A DNA stretch of 24,132 bases from the IMG/VR virus record IMGVR_UViG_3300032212_000700, positions 1-24,132 of that record, one strand, 5' to 3'. Position numbers and translations under genes: made by a program. Positions 18,295 through 24,132 of the stretch are shown piece after piece. Position 1 is the first letter of the stretch. Every line of letters starts with the position of its first letter. Under the pieces are notes generated by a model. That model did not search any database. It had not been told where the DNA came from and worked only from the letters and a program-made list of their open reading frames with translations. Origin of the DNA: a virus (lineage: Duplodnaviria; Caudoviricetes).

Positions 18295-18747
18295 TTAATT
18301 ACCGCTTTCCAGGTCAGTCAAACGGTTTTCAACCAATTTAACCAGATCAGCATGCGCCGCCACTTTTTCACGCGCAGACATCAACGCCTGCACATCATCA
18401 TCGCCTAAAACAGCTGACAACTCGCCCGATAAACGCGCGTGTTCTTCACGGCGTAAAACTTCTTTGTCCATGGCGTCAATTAATGATTTTCGCTTTTCAC
18501 CCGACGTTTCAGCTGCGCGCAGTTCTGCCAGTTCTGAATCACTGAAATCCGGCAACAGTGGAACAATTGATTTTACAGATCCGTTCAGCACAGAAAGCAA
18601 GGAAGGCTGTTCTGGTTCAGCCGGTTTTTCTGCTTTGTAATCAGGATGGTCATATTCATTAATCGATCGCGTATCACCTGGCCAGATACTTTTGCCACCA
18701 ATATGGCGAACGGTTTTGCCGTTATTGGTAAAAGGTACTTTTTTCAT
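18295..18747 (-). CDS. Hypothetical head-associated protein
   Basis: Follows capsid gene; GGAGG SD; E..GEKRKSLI helical motif. Confidence 0.6.
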   Translation of the reverse strand: MKKVPFTNNGKTVRHIGGKSIWPGDTRSINEYDHPDYKAEKPAEPEQPSLLSVLNGSVKSIVPLLPDFSDSELAELRAAETSGEKRKSLIDAMDKEVLRREEHARLSGELSAVLGDDDVQALMSAREKVAAHADLVKLVENRLTDLESGN

Positions 18748-18758
18748 GGATCCTCCAG

Positions 18759-18786
18759 TAAAGGCACCACTCCAGGGAGTGATGCC
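18759..18786 (-). terminator. Hairpin/weak terminator after capsid gene
   Basis: GGCATCACTC-CCTG-GAGTGGTGCC followed by TTTA. Confidence 0.5.
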
Positions 18787-18800
18787 GTTAACGCCAATAA

Positions 18801-21338
18801 TTAACGAGTTGAAGCGCTATAAGCCAGCACCGAAGTTATTCGGTTGGCCACAGGTTCAGGAACTTTCACAGCGCTGTATTCCTCACCATAGGCTTGTTTT
18901 TGCCCGGTGGGCTGGCCGGTTGTTGGATCAACCACTTCAAATGGTTCGCCAGTGGTGAATGGTTTGGCAATGGTGTATCCAGCCAATCCACGTTGGCCAA
19001 GAATAATTCGCTCATCACCCAGATCGATGTTTGGTGCATTGGTTGCCCAGGCAGGAATCCCCTTAACAGTTTCCAGATCACCCATGGCCGTTGTATCAGT
19101 GCCGTTTTTCTTGGCAGATGATTCAAAGTTGCGAGCATTGGTGCAGGTGTCATTCATGGTTTCGCTCATCAACTGAAAATCAGGTTTCACGAAACGATCA
19201 CCAGACAACATGGCTTTTTGTGCGCCGATGGCACGCAACAAGCCATTAAGATGCAAATCAAGATCAACTGCACCATTATCAAGATCAAACTTCTTAACAT
19301 TGGTTGCCTCGCTGTAGGTGATATCATCAGCGCCCGCCGCATTAGCCGGTGTAACCGGTAAACCAGCTTCATCCACAAACTGGATATAACCCAGGTTATA
19401 GCTAACAACCCGGTAATAGGTTCCAGCAGTTTGATTACCTGTGCCATCCCACGCACTGATTGCGGTACCGTCGAGGCGAACAGTGATTGGATTTTTCTCT
19501 GTACCGACAGCATTCCCCTGCATGTCACGCATTTGCGATGGCCGCACAATGGGGAAATAAGTCGTTTTGACTGTGCTGGTCGCACCGTCCAATTGCGCAT
19601 CAAAACCTTCATTGCTGCGTGTTGTAGCGCTATAGGAATCCGCTGCCCGTTGTAGCTCATTGCAAATACGTTGCACAATCAATTCACGCACCACCCGTGC
19701 ATTACTTTGCACGTTTCTGCCGTAAGCGTCCCAGTTGATTTGTGATGCACGAGAAAAATGCATGATTTCATTACTGATCAAAAACGCCAGCTTGGTTGGA
19801 ACCAGATAGGCGGTGTCCATTTTTTGTGAAACAGAGGCACGATGAATTGGCTGGCCTTCATAAACCACACCGCCATTGTAAATAGCGCTTGTATCGCGTT
19901 CTTCGTACGGAATTTGCGTGGTGACAGTTGCACTAAAATCAGTCAGGGTTTGCACCAACTCAAGCACCCGCAAATCTGAAAGTGCTTCATAAATAACCGT
20001 ACGCTGAAAACCCACCGGCAAATTGGAATCAGCCATGCCAGTTGCGCCACCAGACAAACGTTTTGCTTCTTCATGAATACGTGGTGCATGAATTCGGTCG
20101 AACTCTGACAAAACAATATTCGTAAACGGATTGGCTTTTTCTGCCAGTCTCAAACCACCCTGGGTATGCAACATGGTGCCGCGTAGTTCTTTTAAAATTG
20201 ACTCTTGTAAAGTCATGGATTTATTACGGGTATCATCAGCTACCTGTACATGTCCATTAACCTGGTAACCCATGCCGGCCAATTGTGAATTTACCGCGAA
20301 TTGTTGGCCCAGGGTAATTTGATGTGCTGCCAGGCGTTTAACCTGTGAATCGGTCATATCTGCAGTGACCATATCACCGGCTTCTTTCAGCATTTTAATA
20401 TTTTCTTCTGAAAGTGTTTTCAGGCCCTTAGCCGCATCGATAGTGTCATTAAACAGCTTAACGTTTTTATCCAGTTGCTCTTTTAACTGCCGTGCAGCTG
20501 TGGCAGTGTCTTGCTGATGTTGTTCAAGAAGTTTTTTAACATCCGCTTCCGACAAACCAGATACACTGGGTGCCTGCAGCTGAATCGTCGTTGCAGTCTG
20601 TGTTTCTCTTAATTGTTTGGCAACTTTTTCGCCTGTATTTGTCCAGGCTTCTAGTAAAACCTTGGCCTTGGCTTCATCATCAATGCCTTGTAAGGAAGCT
20701 TCAAAACCTTCTTTCAATTGTTTGACAATAACATCAGTCAAACCAAAACCGCCCAGCGCTTCAGCTAACTGCTTAATCAATTCTTTCCACATGTTTTCGT
20801 GCTCCTGTTTTAAATTTTTTACCAGCTCGGGGTGTAATAGGGTGATTACGTTTCCATCATCGCTTTCCGATAATTGCACAGCATCCATATTTTTAATGTG
20901 CGGCCGGGTAACTAGGCCGGCACCAAATAAAACAGCGCCATGCTCTTTTTCAAATTCGTTGTCAATCCAGTTTTCAATATAATCCGCCGATACATAAATG
21001 AATTTGCGGTTTTGAATGGCATCAATGCCGTAGGGTGTCCACTCAACACGGGCACGCAATCGTTTACCATCAACGAATAACTCTTTTATTTCACCCGCTG
21101 CGCCTTTTTCCGGTTCGTGCGCAACATCAATAAAAATACGTTGACCATAAGCACCAGCTTTGAAATTGCTGACCATGCCGTTTAGCAGGTCAAGATCAAC
21201 AGCAAAGCGGCCATATTTCGGATGATTAAAATTACCGGTGCGAATAATGGTGATAACAGATTCTTTTTTACCTTCCGCCAGAGTCACATGGAGACCAGTC
21301 AGGAAGCGCACCGACTGGCGGTTAAATAGAACAGACAT
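18801..21338 (-). CDS. Fused Mu gpI-like protease + scaffold + major capsid protein, 845 aa
   Basis: IDVAH..AAGEI, VEWT, YVSADY, GLVTRPHI protease motifs; helical linker; capsid-like C-terminal half. Confidence 0.8.
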   Translation of the reverse strand: MSVLFNRQSVRFLTGLHVTLAEGKKESVITIIRTGNFNHPKYGRFAVDLDLLNGMVSNFKAGAYGQRIFIDVAHEPEKGAAGEIKELFVDGKRLRARVEWTPYGIDAIQNRKFIYVSADYIENWIDNEFEKEHGAVLFGAGLVTRPHIKNMDAVQLSESDDGNVITLLHPELVKNLKQEHENMWKELIKQLAEALGGFGLTDVIVKQLKEGFEASLQGIDDEAKAKVLLEAWTNTGEKVAKQLRETQTATTIQLQAPSVSGLSEADVKKLLEQHQQDTATAARQLKEQLDKNVKLFNDTIDAAKGLKTLSEENIKMLKEAGDMVTADMTDSQVKRLAAHQITLGQQFAVNSQLAGMGYQVNGHVQVADDTRNKSMTLQESILKELRGTMLHTQGGLRLAEKANPFTNIVLSEFDRIHAPRIHEEAKRLSGGATGMADSNLPVGFQRTVIYEALSDLRVLELVQTLTDFSATVTTQIPYEERDTSAIYNGGVVYEGQPIHRASVSQKMDTAYLVPTKLAFLISNEIMHFSRASQINWDAYGRNVQSNARVVRELIVQRICNELQRAADSYSATTRSNEGFDAQLDGATSTVKTTYFPIVRPSQMRDMQGNAVGTEKNPITVRLDGTAISAWDGTGNQTAGTYYRVVSYNLGYIQFVDEAGLPVTPANAAGADDITYSEATNVKKFDLDNGAVDLDLHLNGLLRAIGAQKAMLSGDRFVKPDFQLMSETMNDTCTNARNFESSAKKNGTDTTAMGDLETVKGIPAWATNAPNIDLGDERIILGQRGLAGYTIAKPFTTGEPFEVVDPTTGQPTGQKQAYGEEYSAVKVPEPVANRITSVLAYSASTR

Positions 21339-21356
21339 ACATCACCTATAGTTTTC

Positions 21357-21409
21357 GATCATTGGCAATTTTCGGCGAGAAATAAAGACAAAAACAGGGC
21401 GCGCCCTGT
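21357..21409 (-). promoter_or_regulatory. Putative late promoter, copy 1
   Basis: AAGACAAAAACAGGGCGCG, GATCATTGGCAAT box, palindrome 21394-21409. Confidence 0.6.
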
Positions 21410-21410
21410 C

Positions 21411-21734
21411 TTATTCGGCAAGTCGTTTTTGTACGGTAAGTAATTTCACCAGGCTGGCGATTTCAAGCCCGGTGTTATCGGTGGCGCTGATTTGCAGCCG
21501 GTAATCATCTGCAATCGGAAAGTCGTTTACATCGGTTTTCAGCATAATGTATTCGTTGGCGTTCAATGTTATCTTGCCGTCTACTACATCAACAGCGCCC
21601 ACCGTTAAACGCGGATTGATGATGGTTGCCCGCTGCCCATCCGGGTGATGCACCACCATTTTTAAAGTTGAGGCACCGGACAAATCATATTTGGTATTGA
21701 TGCGTAATGTTTTGCTTTCGCCGGCAACAATCAT
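21411..21734 (-). CDS. Small beta-sandwich (Ig/BppU-like) virion protein
   Basis: DLSGAST..HPDG, DFPIADDYRLQ pattern. Confidence 0.5.
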   Translation of the reverse strand: MIVAGESKTLRINTKYDLSGASTLKMVVHHPDGQRATIINPRLTVGAVDVVDGKITLNANEYIMLKTDVNDFPIADDYRLQISATDNTGLEIASLVKLLTVQKRLAE

Positions 21735-22066
21735 TCATCGCTCTCGGCTTCCGGTTCATGACGAACCTTGATCACGTTTCCACAGGATGGGCATTCAACT
21801 TCGTATTCCTGGCCATCAACCGGCACCGCAGCAATTAAATCATCCAGACCATAACCACAAGCCACTAGGCTTTCACTGGCTTCATCATCGGCCGGATGCA
21901 CTTCCGGGCCGTCATCGCCCTGGGTGATTCGTCCGGCAACGGCCTTGTTTTTTTTCATGACGCCGCGTTTACCATGACCAATCTGTTCAGCTTTGCACAG
22001 ACCGGCTTTGGCATCATCTTCAGTAAATACACCCTGTAACGGGCCACGACAGGTAAATGTTGTCAT
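21731..22066 (-). CDS. Cys-containing hypothetical protein with CPSC knuckle
   Basis: VECPSCGN plus three further Cys. Confidence 0.55.
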   Translation of the reverse strand: MTTFTCRGPLQGVFTEDDAKAGLCKAEQIGHGKRGVMKKNKAVAGRITQGDDGPEVHPADDEASESLVACGYGLDDLIAAVPVDGQEYEVECPSCGNVIKVRHEPEAESDE

Positions 22067-22806
22067 TATGCGGTCACCCCTCCAAGTTGTACGGTGTAAC
22101 TGGTTTTGATCGCTGCCGCATCTGCAGCCCGCGTTAGTTCAGCCCAGTAATTAACAGCTGCAGCGGCTTCCAGTTGATTGCCTGGCACAGCCACCACAAC
22201 GCCATCATCCACAAATGACACACCGGCGGGTGTGGCTTTGCGGTTGGCAACGGTGGTGGAGTCATTTTTTGCGGTTTCAACCGCAATGCGCACCGATGCC
22301 GATGGATCTGAGGTTAAGGTTACTTCAGCGCTGGTCAAAGTATCCGTTGCATGTTCGTTTTTAAAACCGGCTTTTTCAAACCGTGTGGTAATCGATGCTT
22401 CAGATGTCGAGCTGATGAATTGAATCGCCGCAGCGGTTTTGCCCGCTGGAATAATAACAATATCGTCATTAGGGCCGGTATTGCGCTCAACCGTGATATT
22501 ACCAGCAGGCGCAGCGGAAATATCAACCTTTAAAATTCGCTCAAAGGTTTTTGCACCAGATACTGGCGTAAGTCCGTTTAATACGATCACATCAGTATCG
22601 ATTTCCGATGTAGCCAGCCGACCGGTAATAGTCACATTTTGATTATCACCGGCATTGTCAGACACAACGCGTACCACATCATTGGCCGCCAGTTGAGCAG
22701 CCAGCATCACGCAGTTAGCATCGATGGCACCGCCGGTCAGGCTCGCATCATCTTCAGGCCGTGAGGCACATAAATAATGTTTTAAATCAGTTACTAAAAT
22801 CGGCAT
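22066..22806 (-). CDS. Putative virion structural protein
   Basis: Ala/Thr/Val-rich, beta-like; SD TAAGGA. Confidence 0.6.
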   Translation of the reverse strand: MPILVTDLKHYLCASRPEDDASLTGGAIDANCVMLAAQLAANDVVRVVSDNAGDNQNVTITGRLATSEIDTDVIVLNGLTPVSGAKTFERILKVDISAAPAGNITVERNTGPNDDIVIIPAGKTAAAIQFISSTSEASITTRFEKAGFKNEHATDTLTSAEVTLTSDPSASVRIAVETAKNDSTTVANRKATPAGVSFVDDGVVVAVPGNQLEAAAAVNYWAELTRAADAAAIKTSYTVQLGGVTA

Positions 22807-22895
22807 ATTCGTTCCTTACCGCCGCCGCCCGCTGGCAAAGCAATAATCCAGACAGGCGGCAAAGGGCTCAGCTTCTCTTTGGGTGGTTATGGGCC

Positions 22896-22942
22896 GATTA
22901 TTGGCAATAAGGCAAGACAAAAACAGGGCGCGACATGTCGCG
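22896..22942 (-). promoter_or_regulatory. Putative late promoter, copy 2
   Basis: Same 19-mer, GATTATTGGCAAT box, palindrome CGCGACATGTCGCG. Confidence 0.6.
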
Positions 22943-22944
22943 AA

Positions 22945-24132
22945 TTAATGAATATTGTGAGAGTCGCTTAACAGCATTTCAAGATCTTCGTAACGCAAAA
23001 TCAGCGTTACACCCAGCGCCTCGAACGGCACGCCAGCGGTTTTCTGCAGCAAGGCCAGCGCTTCAAGTTTAACTTGTAACTGACCATTAACCGACTCCAG
23101 CGACTCCAGCACCGACTCAGCACTGGCAACCAGCGTGCTGGCGTTTTCCAAATGCCCATCAGCATTAGCAGACAATGCCCGTAAAACAGCCAATGGATGT
23201 TCAGCACTCACCGCAACACCGCGCAGCGATTCCAGCGGCACCGTGGCTGCACTGGCTATGGCAGGCTGGCCCAACACCTCAATAAAATTGTTTTCTGTAC
23301 CGTCAATAAGCTGTAACACTTCAGCAGATACAACAACGGATTTTTGTAAAGCAGAAGCAGATTCAAACGCAGCTGTGTTTTCAATCGTTATAACCTGTAG
23401 CGATTCAATATAATTTTCCAGCTGCTGATTAATTAAGCCCAATGATTCAAGCGGAACATTGACACTGCTTTGTAATCCGGATGTTGATAATGATTCAAAC
23501 AACAAGGGCTGGTCAAAACTCAACAGCTGCAATGATTCAATTCTGTGTTCAGGCGACCGAATCACAGAAGATAAAGATTCCAGTGATACCGAAACAGACT
23601 GAAAAAATGCCCGTAATGATTCCATTGATGCTGAATCATTGCGAATCAATTGCTGCAACGTTTCAACTGAAACCGGCGCGTTATTTACTGCACGATTCAA
23701 TGATTCAACCGGGCAAACAAAAACATTATTTACCAAAGATAATGATTCAAACAATCCCTGCTGGGTTTTGAATAACTGCTGACTGGCTGCCAGAAACATT
23801 TCGCGGCTAATGGTGAGTTGCTGTTGTGACTCCAGGTTGTTTAGTGATGATGTGGAAACTGGAACTCCACTGCTGACACCATTCGTTAATACATACGCTT
23901 CAGAAAATCCTCTAGCGATATCACTGGAACCAGTATTGATACCATTAACAACATAAAAGTTGCGCCAATCAATATTGTTTCCAACACGTAACGCAACGGT
24001 AATTGTTTCAAGTGGTGTTGTTTTCGAAATATCATCATAAATATCAAGATAAACAGTACCATTCGCACCAACAGCACCAGCTTTGCGCAAGGTAAAATAG
24101 TAAAATGTATCCGTAAGAGCTGTTAAAGCTGA
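22945..24132 (-). CDS. Fibre-like protein with 14-aa repeats; start lies outside window
   Basis: Frame open to window edge; about 20 ESL-type repeats. Confidence 0.7.
   Translation of the reverse strand, partial: SALTALTDTFYYFTLRKAGAVGANGTVYLDIYDDISKTTPLETITVALRVGNNIDWRNFYVVNGINTGSSDIARGFSEAYVLTNGVSSGVPVSTSSLNNLESQQQLTISREMFLAASQQLFKTQQGLFESLSLVNNVFVCPVESLNRAVNNAPVSVETLQQLIRNDSASMESLRAFFQSVSVSLESLSSVIRSPEHRIESLQLLSFDQPLLFESLSTSGLQSSVNVPLESLGLINQQLENYIESLQVITIENTAAFESASALQKSVVVSAEVLQLIDGTENNFIEVLGQPAIASAATVPLESLRGVAVSAEHPLAVLRALSANADGHLENASTLVASAESVLESLESVNGQLQVKLEALALLQKTAGVPFEALGVTLILRYEDLEMLLSDSHNIH

Larger units (their letters stand above)
1..24132. mobile_element. Integrated prophage, left arm; continues beyond right edge
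   Basis: tRNA end, integrase, repressor switch, tail, lysis and capsid genes in phage-like order. Confidence 0.95.

Noticed and set aside
22825-22870. c-di-GMP-I riboswitch (two GCAAA motifs)
   Set aside because: Opposite strand to the downstream gene and no GNRA-capped P2 architecture
23440-23750. TGATTC recurring about every 42 bp, CRISPR-like spacing
   Set aside because: Only about 6 bp conserved and explained by coding ESL repeats; no cas genes

Overview
Left end of an integrated temperate phage (siphovirus-type tail, Mu-like head protease). The window starts inside the 3' half of an initiator tRNA-Met, and a large serine recombinase ORF reads antisense through that tRNA and stops in its anticodon loop. 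Next come a leftward early operon (Arc-like RHH protein, antirepressor-like protein, CII-family protein, several small ORFs, no recognisable replication gene) and a divergent CI-like repressor. An AT-rich moron region holds two small membrane proteins and a lipoprotein preceded by an (AAAC)7 repeat. The rest is a long leftward late region: fibre/Ig-like genes, a fused protease-scaffold-capsid gene, a lysis cassette, connector, tail tube, frameshifting chaperones, tape measure and tail tip. Terminase and portal are not in the window. All protein calls come from motif recognition and gene order; no database search was run.
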